Assembly: GCA_029212745.1 (NCBI GenBank)
Contig: JARGOL010000005.1
Span: 27,558-91,557 of the forward strand
Direction of reading: 5' to 3'
From: Alcanivoracaceae bacterium
GTDB taxonomy: Bacteria > Pseudomonadota > Gammaproteobacteria > Pseudomonadales > Alcanivoracaceae
DNA length: 64,000 bases
Below are positions 46,314-54,172 of the stretch, piece after piece. Made by a program: the position numbers and the translations under genes. The notes beneath the pieces were generated by a model. The model was given only the letters and a program-made list of their open reading frames with translations, ran no database searches and was not told where the DNA came from. Within the stretch, counting starts at the first letter, position 1. The number at the start of each line of letters is the position of its first letter.

Positions 46314-46372
46314 TCAACGCCAAGCTAAGCGGCTGCCTGGAAGGCAGTCCGCGCATTTCAGCGACTTGTTAT
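46314..46372 (-). repeat. attC-like site (divergent sequence family)
   Basis: TCAACGCCAAGCTAAGCGGCTGCC-tggaa-GGCAGTCCGCGCATTTCAGCGACTTGTTAT. The stop of the upstream ORF lies in the GTTA core. Confidence 0.6.
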
Positions 46373-46743
46373 GCGTGAATCTCAAACTGAACCTCTCCGC
46401 CAACTATTTTTACTTGCCCAAAGTCACCAGATATTATGAAGCCGTCGGCAGTTTTTTCTAACTGGTCAATATTGCCATAATCTATGGAGCCATCCGGGTC
46501 CCTCGTGAATGGACTCTGTTCCTGGGCGCGCAAACCAGTAACTGACTCAAAGCCAAAAAACCTTAGGCTGGCTCGTCGGTAACACGTGTATTCATTATTC
46601 TTTGGTTCATAGTAGTAGCGAGAGGCTGGCCAAACGCTGGCCTCCAAGTCAAACAGGAGGCTTCCACTCTCCTGGATCCAACCAAAAACAAAAGAGTCAT
46701 TTAGGTCGATGCCTTCGAAAGTGGGCATTTCCGTCCAGTTCAT
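46369..46743 (-). CDS. cassette ORF, cytoplasmic hypothetical protein (124 aa)
   Basis: The protein has no signal peptide and is acidic and aromatic-rich. Confidence 0.55.
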   Translation of the reverse strand: MNWTEMPTFEGIDLNDSFVFGWIQESGSLLFDLEASVWPASRYYYEPKNNEYTCYRRASLRFFGFESVTGLRAQEQSPFTRDPDGSIDYGNIDQLEKTADGFIISGDFGQVKIVGGEVQFEIHA

Positions 46744-46756
46744 CGCAATTCACACA

Positions 46757-46810
46757 TAACGCCGCCAACAGGGGCGCCTGTAAGGCGTCCCCGCTTGCTT
46801 GGCCTTGTTA
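46757..46810 (-). repeat. attC-like recombination site
   Basis: TAACGCCGCCAACAGGGGCGCC-tgtaa-GGCGTCCCCGCTTGCTTGGCCTTGTTA. The stop of the upstream ORF lies in the core. Confidence 0.8.
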
Positions 46811-47125
46811 ACCAACCTGAATCTCCTCGAGCTCAGTTGGCGGCACGGTAGTCATGGAAACCATGGCCTGGCCGTTGGTCAATGGGACTCCGATGGCATA
46901 CAAGCCCTGCTTAGTGCCTGCCGTGAAGTACATCTGCTGCTGGCCATCCTTGCTCAAGTAAAAGCCGATCAATTTAAAATCGTGTTCATAGAACGGCTCT
47001 TCGTCTGTTCCCTCGAAATCCTCGGGCGGGTAGGTGCCGTATTCCAGATTGAAGTAGTCAACGAAGTCCTTCCCCTCGAGAGACGGTCTTCCTTGAAACT
47101 CATTGCACTCTATAAGTTCGTCCAT
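46808..47125 (-). CDS. cassette ORF, acidic hypothetical protein (105 aa)
   Basis: ATG start with an AGGGGT RBS. No signal peptide. Confidence 0.55.
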   Translation of the reverse strand: MDELIECNEFQGRPSLEGKDFVDYFNLEYGTYPPEDFEGTDEEPFYEHDFKLIGFYLSKDGQQQMYFTAGTKQGLYAIGVPLTNGQAMVSMTTVPPTELEEIQVG

Positions 47126-47138
47126 CGATACCCCTGGT

Positions 47139-47193
47139 TAACGTCGCAAACAGGGGCGCGCCTTGGCGCGTCCGCGCTTGCTTTGCCTTGTTA
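47139..47193 (-). repeat. attC-like recombination site
   Basis: TAACGTCGCAAACAGGGGCGCGCC-ttg-GCGCGTCCGCGCTTGCTTTGCCTTGTTA. Confidence 0.8.
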
Positions 47194-47196
47194 TGG

Positions 47197-47547
47197 TTAC
47201 TCGCACGGCTTTGACTCTGCGAGAAATTCGCAAAACGCCAGCCGGCGATGCCTCACTATCACATCTGGCACTTCCTCGCTCATAATAGCGCGCCGTGCCT
47301 GATCCTTAAGCAAAGCACCCTCAATCATGGCTAGTGCGTTATGAAGCTCACAAACGCCCAAGTCGGCTCCGTCCGAGAGAGATTGCTGCAATGTGTCGAA
47401 ACTCTCTCTCGCAGAGGCTTTGGAGAAATCACTCTCGCCCCAAGCGAAAGCGTTTCCCTTGCCTTCATTTGCACCCTCGCAGATTGGCCCCGCAATTCCC
47501 GCAAGCGGAATAAAAATAATGCAAAGAACGACGCATCTATATTTCAT
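47197..47547 (-). CDS. cassette ORF, small exported protein (116 aa)
   Basis: The internal ATG at 47547 gives the signal peptide MKYRCVVLCIIFIPLAGIAG. Confidence 0.55.
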   Translation of the reverse strand: MKYRCVVLCIIFIPLAGIAGPICEGANEGKGNAFAWGESDFSKASARESFDTLQQSLSDGADLGVCELHNALAMIEGALLKDQARRAIMSEEVPDVIVRHRRLAFCEFLAESKPCE

Positions 47548-47617
47548 CCGAACAATCCATAACAGTGTATTAGGCCGAACGGTTCGGCCTATCCAAAGTT
47601 CCGCTATTTCCCTGCAG

Positions 47618-47650
47618 TAACATAGCGTCGCCAACAAAAGGGGCGGTATT
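47618..47650 (-). repeat. half attC (inner L-prime/R-prime-like arm only)
   Basis: GTAACATAGCGTCGCCAACAAAAGGGGCGG matches the TAACGTCGCAAACAGGGGCGC arm. The partner arm (CGCTTGCTTTGCCTTGTTA type) is absent. Confidence 0.55.
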
Positions 47651-47852
47651 ACAGTGAGTTAGCTTCCTCTGGGCAATATCCTACACCAGTGAATCCGGCC
47701 ATGTCGTGATTGGCGGTGTCCGGCGAGAATGACGGCAAACTGATATCAGCTTAAGCAGGCCAACGGTAAATCAATGCGTTAACGGCTCTCCGGCCAGATG
47801 ATAGCGCAATAACCGGCCTTTTCCTGTGAGCACGCAGATAACGGTGTCGCCC

Positions 47853-48644
47853 TCAATCCTGCGAGACGGTCCTGGGCCAACCCATATAGATTGACACTGT
47901 GCTGTCCAGCCCACTGGTGACCTGGCGGAATTCCCAATGGAAATCAGTATCAATGCCCTCCACCAGCGCCTCGAAATCCTCTCGTGTGTACATGCGCACG
48001 ATGCTGACCAGGCCGTCCCAGGTGGCCATCAGGGGAATGAGTGGAATTAAATAGGTGAACAACGCCTTGAGCAGGCGATCCTGTTTGCTGAGAAAAGGAT
48101 TGAGGAAGTTGGCAGCCACGAAGTACACACCCATATGCAGGGCACCGCGCCCTTTGCGGGTCATGGGCTCCATAATGAAGATGGGTTTTCCCTTTTTCGC
48201 ACTGTCTTCAAGAATGCGCCGCGCCAGCGCCGGCGGAAAGTGATGGAAAGCACTGACCACCATCCGGCCGCCATGTGCATACACCGCCGGCACATCGGTA
48301 GCATCCAGCGGGCTGCTGATCACCTCGATATGGTCAGGGTGTTTGGAAGCGGCTTGTGCCATGTGATGCACAACAGGGAACAGGTCAGAGACCATAAAGC
48401 GTGGCAACTTGCCGCCACTGTCTTTCAGGGCTTCCAGCATTGCGGCGGCTGGCTCACCAGAGCCGCTGCACAGGTCCAGCACGGTATCGTTTTCCAGGCG
48501 GTTGAAGAATTCGCCGAACACCGGCGCTGCCGTCTTGCACACACCGCTCCAGCGCATGGCATTGCCCAGGCTCTCCACCACGGAATCACGCAGTACTCGC
48601 GGTGTCTGCGGCAGGTCCATAAATTCGAATGCCTGAATCCTCAT
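47853..48644 (-). CDS. class I SAM-dependent methyltransferase (small-molecule type)
   Basis: AAGGAG RBS. Motif I is VLDLCSGSGEPAAAMLEAL. No DNA-methyltransferase DPPY/NPPY or PC motifs are present. Confidence 0.8.
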   Translation of the reverse strand: MRIQAFEFMDLPQTPRVLRDSVVESLGNAMRWSGVCKTAAPVFGEFFNRLENDTVLDLCSGSGEPAAAMLEALKDSGGKLPRFMVSDLFPVVHHMAQAASKHPDHIEVISSPLDATDVPAVYAHGGRMVVSAFHHFPPALARRILEDSAKKGKPIFIMEPMTRKGRGALHMGVYFVAANFLNPFLSKQDRLLKALFTYLIPLIPLMATWDGLVSIVRMYTREDFEALVEGIDTDFHWEFRQVTSGLDSTVSIYMGWPRTVSQD

Positions 48645-48797
48645 GACTTTCTCCTTGGCTGATCAACAGGGAGAGTGTCGCCGCTCTGGCATACGTAGCG
48701 GTAGGCATATCGTGACAGCACACGGCCCTTGGCCAGAATTGCGCCGGGATTGGCGTTAACAGTGTGGGCGACAGCCACTTGCGCGGCTGCCTCGTGC

Positions 48798-48872
48798 TCA
48801 GATCTCGCGGGTTTCACGGAAACGGATCTCCGGGTGGCGCTCTTTCGCCAGCCCGAGGCGGACCCGCGCAGT
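48798..48872 (-). pseudogene. orphan duplicate of the last 24 codons of prfC
   Basis: The coding strand reads [23 protein letters not shown]-stop. The live prfC ends [23 protein letters not shown]-stop at 50725. There is no upstream reading frame or start. Confidence 0.85.
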
Positions 48873-48881
48873 GCTTACCGG

Positions 48882-49412
48882 TCACTGACTGCCTGCATCG
48901 ATTCCGCTGTCGCCCGCATCGCTGAGACGCGCCTGCGCTTGCCGGCGCAGGAAGTACAGGGCACAGCGGGAAATAACGACGCCATACACACCCATCACAG
49001 CACCGTACAAGTAGGTAGAAGGGGACGGCGAGTCGTCGAACAGCGACAGTCCAAGCACCAGCACGCCGGGCAGCCCACCTGCCACGAGAAAACGCCAGGC
49101 AGTCTGTGGCATGCGCCGCAACCAGCTCACATAGGCAAGGGCGCCGTATGTAAGTGTCACCAGGCTGGCAACAAGCATCACTGGCAGCCAGGCCACAATC
49201 AGAAGGGCCAGGTCCTGCAGCCCTTGCAAGTCGCCGAAGGCCAGCAGCAACACACCGACAACCCCTTGCAAGCCAACAGTCCCCGTGAACGCACCAAGGA
49301 AGCCCGCATAGACCCAATGCCTGCCGGGTGGCGCGGACGGAGTTGCCAGTGACGCCCGGGGTGCGCGGTAGGCTGTGTCAATGCCAGGGGGCCAACGGCG
49401 AGAATCTGCCAT
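48882..49412 (-). CDS. hypothetical integral membrane protein
   Basis: The ATG at 49412 has an AAGGAAA RBS. The protein has about 4 TM helices. The gene ends 9 nt before the prfC remnant. Confidence 0.5.
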   Translation of the reverse strand: MADSRRWPPGIDTAYRAPRASLATPSAPPGRHWVYAGFLGAFTGTVGLQGVVGVLLLAFGDLQGLQDLALLIVAWLPVMLVASLVTLTYGALAYVSWLRRMPQTAWRFLVAGGLPGVLVLGLSLFDDSPSPSTYLYGAVMGVYGVVISRCALYFLRRQAQARLSDAGDSGIDAGSQ

Positions 49413-49544
49413 GCTGTTTTCCTTGCCGCCTTTCAAACGAGATACGTCGCTAACGAGGGTGTGAAAAATAATACCGTCAGCCAGACGTTTCAGGTCATGC
49501 TATATCAGCTTTTTGTCCAAGCATTTCCCGCCTTGGCAGATGGT

Positions 49545-50045
49545 TCAAACAGGTCTGATTGAGGCATTCATATCGCTGACCTCTGTTCTGTAAATCAGCC
49601 AGACGTCGTCTTCCTTGCGCAAGTATGATTCTTGCCTGAATTCCTGCTTCTGTATTGCCTTCTTTCCATTCACCTCAAGAAGGAACAAACCTTTTGACAG
49701 AAAGACGGCTTTGGCGGTGCCTTCTTCCGGATTGCAGCTCCAGGAAACCATGTTCATGCTCAACTGCATTTGTTCCGCCTGCATCATGATCGACTTCGCG
49801 CTACGAACAAATTCCTTGTAACTTTTTATCTTTCCGTCTGGAAGGACTTGCACATGATCATCGGTGTAAGCCTCTATCCAGCTATCAAAATCTTTTGCCT
49901 CAAAGTCACGCATGGACTTTTCACTGAGTGCCTTGACGTCATCCGCTATCAAGCAGCCCCAAGAGACTCCATATACGGTCATAGACAAAAGAAAGACAAC
50001 GGCCCTTATGCCCAGAACAATGCGAGTTCCCATGGGTTCTTTCAT
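49545..50045 (-). CDS. NTF2-like (SnoaL/DUF4440-type) protein with N-terminal signal/anchor
   Basis: AT-rich ORF. A hydrophobic N-terminus is followed by the pattern DFEAKDFDSWIEAYTDDHVQVLPDG ... WLIYRTEV. Confidence 0.55.
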   Translation of the reverse strand: MKEPMGTRIVLGIRAVVFLLSMTVYGVSWGCLIADDVKALSEKSMRDFEAKDFDSWIEAYTDDHVQVLPDGKIKSYKEFVRSAKSIMMQAEQMQLSMNMVSWSCNPEEGTAKAVFLSKGLFLLEVNGKKAIQKQEFRQESYLRKEDDVWLIYRTEVSDMNASIRPV

Positions 50046-50051
50046 GCGGCT

Positions 50052-50723
50052 CTACTCTTGCGAATCTTCGTCTGGCACATACTCTTCAGACGGGAGGAAT
50101 ACCAGCGGGGCCTCGATTCGCTCTTCGTCCGGAATCCGTTTCACGAATGCCCCGGCATCCAGCTCCGGGAATTTTTCCAGCAGAAGCTGCATATCCCGCT
50201 CCTGCTTGTCGGAGAGGACCCAGATGCCCCCCCAGGGGATGAAAATGCCGAAGGTATTCCGGGCCCGCTGGGGCACCAACTTCACCTCACCCAGGTAGGT
50301 AATAGCATTAGGCAGAACCTCGAAAGGGATGGAGTAATCTTCGCGGGCGCTGAAATGGTTGGCGCCACCATTGAGGAAGAAATTGTAGAACTCGTATTCG
50401 CCCACCGGCAAAGGAATCAGAAAGGCCGCTCCCTTGTAGTCATAGGAGCTGAAATCATCCCGATAACCGCTGAACAGATCACCACCCGCAGGCGGATTAC
50501 TCTCCAGCCGATAGGTCTCCTCTGACGCTATGTTCCGGAAGAGGAAGTTGTTCGAGTAGTAGTGCACGGCATTGTATTCCCGCGAGAAACTTCCTGCGAT
50601 ATAGCCGGTTTCTGCGTTGGGCACGTCTTCCGGCAGGACATCTGGCACCAGCGGCGCCGACGCACACCCGGCCAATTGCAGGCTAAGCACAGAGAATGCC
50701 AGGATCGCAATGAATCGGGTCAT
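50052..50723 (-). CDS. hypothetical lipoprotein
   Basis: The internal ATG at 50723 gives MTRFIAILAFSVLSLQLAGC (lipobox). The start lies 1 nt after the prfC stop (TGAcATG). Confidence 0.65.
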   Translation of the reverse strand: MTRFIAILAFSVLSLQLAGCASAPLVPDVLPEDVPNAETGYIAGSFSREYNAVHYYSNNFLFRNIASEETYRLESNPPAGGDLFSGYRDDFSSYDYKGAAFLIPLPVGEYEFYNFFLNGGANHFSAREDYSIPFEVLPNAITYLGEVKLVPQRARNTFGIFIPWGGIWVLSDKQERDMQLLLEKFPELDAGAFVKRIPDEERIEAPLVFLPSEEYVPDEDSQE

Positions 50724-50724
50724 G

Positions 50725-52302
50725 TCAGATCTCCCTTGTCTCTCGGAAACGGATCTCCGGATGACGCTCTTCCGCCAGCCCGAGGTTGACGCGGGTGGGC
50801 GCCAGGTAGGTGAGGTTGCCGGCGCCGTCTTCGGCCAGGTTTTCATAGGCCTTGTCGCGCAGCTTGTCGATATCGCGCTCGTTGTCGGCCTCTACCCAGC
50901 GCGCGGTGTAGACGCTGATGGGCTCGTAGTTGCACTCCACGCCGTATTCCGCCTTCAGGCGGTGGGCCACCACATCGAACTGCAGCATGCCCACGGCACC
51001 GAGAATCAGGTCATTGTTCTTCAGCGGCATGAACACCTGGGTGGCGCCCTCTTCCGCCAGCTGGGTCAGGCCCTTGTGCAGCTGTTTGCTCTTCAGGGGG
51101 TCTTTCAGCACCACACGGCGGAACAGTTCCGGGGCAAAGAACGGGATGCCGGTGTAGCGCAGCATTTCGCCCTCGGTGAAGGTATCGCCCACCTGGATGG
51201 TGCCGTGGTTGTGCAACCCGATGATGTCACCGGCAAAGGCCTGCTCCACGTTCTCGCGCTCGCCGGCGAGGAAGGTGAGCGCGTCCGAGATGCGCACGTC
51301 CTTGCCGGTGCGGCACTGGTGCATTTTCATGCCCTTGCGGTATTCCCCCGAGCAGATACGCAGGAACGCCACGCGGTCGCGGTGCTTGGGGTCCATGTTG
51401 GCCTGGATCTTGAAGACGAAGCCGGTGAATTTGTCTTCGTCCGCATCCACATGGCGCTCTTCGGAATCGCGGCCAGTGGGGCACGGCGCCCACTCCACCA
51501 GGCCATTGAGCATATGGTCGACGCCGAAGTTGCCGAGCGCAGTGCCGAAAAAGCACGGGGTCAGCTTGCCGGCCAGGAACTCGTCCTTGTCGAACTCGTG
51601 GCTGGCACCCTGCACCAGCTCCAGGGTCTCGCGCAGCTCGTCGGCATAGGCGCCCACGGCGGCATCCAGGTCCGGGTTGTCCAGGCCCTTGATCTCGCGA
51701 ACGTCCTGGATGGTGTGGCCCTGGCCGCTCTTGTACAGCACCGTGGTGTCGGTGAGCAGGTTGTACACGCCCTTGAATTCCTTGCCCATGCCGATGGGCC
51801 AGGTGATGGGCGAGCACTTGATCTTCAGCACCTCTTCCACCTCATCCAGCACTTCGATGGGGTCGCGCACGTCGCGGTCGAGCTTGTTGATAAAGGTTAG
51901 GATGGGCGTATCACGCAGGCGGCACACCTCCATCAGCTTGATAGTGCGCTCTTCCACACCCTTGGCGCAGTCGATCACCATCAGGGCCGTGTCCACTGCC
52001 GTCAGGGTGCGGTAGGTGTCTTCCGAAAAGTCGGCGTGGCCCGGAGTGTCCAGCAGGTTCACGGTGGCGTCGCGATACGGGAACTGCATCACCGAGGTGG
52101 TCACCGAGATACCCCGCTGCTTCTCCATCTCCATCCAGTCGGAGGTGGCATGGCGGCCCGACTTCTTGCCCTTCACCGTGCCCGCCATCTGGATGGCATT
52201 GCCATACAGCAGCATCTTCTCGGTGATGGTGGTTTTACCGGCATCCGGGTGCGAGATGATCGCGAAGGTGCGCCGTTTCCTGATTTCGTCGAGCAGGGCC
52301 AT
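50725..52302 (-). CDS. prfC: peptide chain release factor 3
   Basis: The ATG at 52302 gives [25 protein letters not shown]. GTPase G1-G4 motifs are present and similarity to RF3 runs the full length. Confidence 0.93.
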   Translation of the reverse strand: MALLDEIRKRRTFAIISHPDAGKTTITEKMLLYGNAIQMAGTVKGKKSGRHATSDWMEMEKQRGISVTTSVMQFPYRDATVNLLDTPGHADFSEDTYRTLTAVDTALMVIDCAKGVEERTIKLMEVCRLRDTPILTFINKLDRDVRDPIEVLDEVEEVLKIKCSPITWPIGMGKEFKGVYNLLTDTTVLYKSGQGHTIQDVREIKGLDNPDLDAAVGAYADELRETLELVQGASHEFDKDEFLAGKLTPCFFGTALGNFGVDHMLNGLVEWAPCPTGRDSEERHVDADEDKFTGFVFKIQANMDPKHRDRVAFLRICSGEYRKGMKMHQCRTGKDVRISDALTFLAGERENVEQAFAGDIIGLHNHGTIQVGDTFTEGEMLRYTGIPFFAPELFRRVVLKDPLKSKQLHKGLTQLAEEGATQVFMPLKNNDLILGAVGMLQFDVVAHRLKAEYGVECNYEPISVYTARWVEADNERDIDKLRDKAYENLAEDGAGNLTYLAPTRVNLGLAEERHPEIRFRETREI

Positions 52303-52496
52303 GAACAATCCGCGTGGTCGGTGCGTTCCCTGCCGGCACCGCCGGCAGCAAAGGCGCGCATTATAGTCGCCACAACGGCCGGCTGCGAGGGGCGCATTCC
52401 GGGCCAATCCGTCCCTGATTCACCGTGCTGCCTTGCCTGTGCGCTGGCCCGCCTGTGTAATCAGGTATCCAACAACAAGAACACACGGGCCCAGCC

Positions 52497-53267
52497 ATGC
52501 GCGACTACCACCACATCCTCGTCACCGGCGCCGCCGGCGCCATTGGTGGCGCCCTCACTGAGCGCCTGGCCGGGCATTACCCGGATGCCTGTTTCACCCT
52601 GGTGGACGTCAACGAGGCAGCGCTGAAGGCCCGTTGTGCCGCCCTCGGCCAGCGTGCCCGCCACGCCTGCTGGGACCTGTTCCAGCCCGATGCCCTGGGC
52701 GCGCGCTGGCAGGAACTGGACCCGGAGCACGGGCCGGTGGACCTGCTGGTGAACTGTGCCGGCATCATGGACATCATCAGCTTTGCCAGCACCGGCTGGG
52801 ACCAGGGCTGGAAACTGCTGGCGGTAAACATGGTCAGCCCCCTGCGCCTGGCGGACCTGGCACTGAAAGACATGCCGGACGGCGGCACCATCATCAATGT
52901 CGCCAGCATGGCTGGCCGGGTCCCCATCGCCGGCTGCAGCTACTACGGCGGCGCCAAGGCCGGCATGGCCCACGCCTCGGAAATCATGCACAACGAGCTG
53001 GCCAGCCGGGACATCAATGTCATTACGGTCTACCCCGGCCCGATCTACTCCGGCCTGGAAAGCCATGCCCGCGACCAGGTCAAGGCCGGGCCGGTGTCGA
53101 AGCTGATCCCCACCGGCCAGCCGGACGCCATCGCCACCCGCATTGCCGAGGCCGTGACCGAGCGCGCGCCACGGGTGATCTACCCGCCGGTGTACAACGT
53201 GGCGCACTACTTCAACGGCGTGGCCCGCTGGGTGACTGCCAAAGCCAGCCCACAGCCCCTCACCTGA
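52497..53267 (+). CDS. short-chain dehydrogenase/reductase (SDR)
   Basis: The cofactor motif is VTGAAGAIGG and the catalytic motif is YYGGAKAG (YxxxK). Confidence 0.85.
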   Translation: MRDYHHILVTGAAGAIGGALTERLAGHYPDACFTLVDVNEAALKARCAALGQRARHACWDLFQPDALGARWQELDPEHGPVDLLVNCAGIMDIISFASTGWDQGWKLLAVNMVSPLRLADLALKDMPDGGTIINVASMAGRVPIAGCSYYGGAKAGMAHASEIMHNELASRDINVITVYPGPIYSGLESHARDQVKAGPVSKLIPTGQPDAIATRIAEAVTERAPRVIYPPVYNVAHYFNGVARWVTAKASPQPLT

Positions 53268-53386
53268 GCCTCCCGGCGGACATGAATTTTTACCTTTGAG
53301 CGCCAGCGCTTGCTGGTATCAGCGTGCCAACATGGTATTAATGGGGTATCACTTCGCCCCTTCCGGGGGCGCCACGCGAGGTTGTC

Positions 53387-53932
53387 ATGGCCATTGCAGT
53401 CCGCCATCAGCACATTATCCCGGTGGCCATGGACCAGGCCTGGCAGGTCTTCAACACACAACTGGTGGATCTGTCCCCGTGGCTGCCCCACGTGGCGCGC
53501 ATTTCCCTGCTCAAGGAGCAGCCCCTGAGCGAGCGGCGCATGGCGCTGGATTACGCCTGGCACGTGGAGGAGCAGGTGATTCCCGGTGTCGCCAAGCCGT
53601 TCCTGCGCGATCACCTGGACCAGCTGCACTCGGCCACGCTCTGGCACCACGACCAGCACCTGGTGGAGTTCCGTTTCTACCTGGATTCCGTCACCGGCCT
53701 GCTCGACTGCGAAGGCTGTTTCCGTATGACCGAGCACAGTGATGGCACCTGCATGGACGTGCAGGGCGACATCCAGATTCATCCGCACAAGCTGCCCGGC
53801 GTGCCGGCCCTGGTGGGCCGCACCATCCGCCCCACCGTGGAGCGCGTGGTGGACGACGCCCTGCGCCCGGCACTGTCTGCCCTGCCCGGGGCCTTGCACC
53901 AGTTGATCGAGCGCCAGCGGGCGGCGTCCTGA
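53387..53932 (+). CDS. hypothetical protein (possibly SRPBCC/START-like)
   Basis: 181-aa ORF whose codon usage looks like its neighbours. The fold assignment is a guess from length and sequence pattern. Confidence 0.45.
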   Translation: MAIAVRHQHIIPVAMDQAWQVFNTQLVDLSPWLPHVARISLLKEQPLSERRMALDYAWHVEEQVIPGVAKPFLRDHLDQLHSATLWHHDQHLVEFRFYLDSVTGLLDCEGCFRMTEHSDGTCMDVQGDIQIHPHKLPGVPALVGRTIRPTVERVVDDALRPALSALPGALHQLIERQRAAS

Positions 53933-53949
53933 GGTTGCCTGTTTGTCAC

Positions 53950-54048
53950 GGGCCCTCACCCTGTCCCTCTCCCGGAGGGAGAGGGGACGCTCCAGACGAG
54001 CGCGGTAAAAGCCCCTCTCCCTCCGGGAGAGGGGTTGGGGTGAGGGCC
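53950..54048. repeat. composite palindromic intergenic repeat, copy 2 (inverted relative to copy 1)
   Basis: GGCCCTCACCCTGTCCCTCTCCC-gga-GGGAGAGGGGAC ... GCCCCTCTCCC-tcc-GGGAGAGGGGTTGGGGTGAGGGCC closely matches the reverse complement of 38829..38930. Confidence 0.75.
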
Positions 54049-54172
54049 ACCCTCCCCAGAAGGCACCCCATAACCCCACGATTCCCAAGGAAAAACCGTC
54101 CATCGGCCACCCTACGAACCACGCGCCAACACGGGTAGAATGGCCGCCCGTTTGCACTGACCGGACTGTTGC

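Larger units (their letters stand above)
43800..47650 (-). mobile_element. integron-type gene cassette array without integrase (CALIN-like)
   Basis: Eight small same-strand ORFs are each followed by an attC-like imperfect palindrome with TAAC...GTTA ends. The region is AT-richer than its flanks. No tyrosine recombinase ORF is present in the window. Confidence 0.8.

Noticed and set aside
45922-46461. 179-aa plus-strand ORF in the cassette region
   Set aside because: It crosses an attC site and opposes two well-formed minus-strand cassette ORFs that have signal peptides and RBSs.
43800-47650. Possible CRISPR array, given the regularly spaced repeats
   Set aside because: The repeats are 52-81-bp imperfect palindromes of variable sequence spaced about 450-550 bp apart, with ORFs between them. 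They are not 25-40-bp identical repeats with short spacers.
47771-47953. 60-aa minus-strand ORF downstream of the methyltransferase
   Set aside because: Half of it overlaps the methyltransferase coding sequence in another frame. It has no RBS and no recognisable family, and it may be a meaningless frame in the scar region.
47853-48644. Methyltransferase as part of a restriction-modification or other defence system
   Set aside because: It has only a generic class I SAM-binding motif. There are no DNA-methyltransferase catalytic motifs and no adjacent nuclease or specificity gene.
50617-51900. 427-aa plus-strand ORF
   Set aside because: It is antisense to prfC. Its N-terminal part merely translates the opposite strand of the prfC 3-prime end. 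The same peptide pattern at 48729.. is what revealed the duplication.
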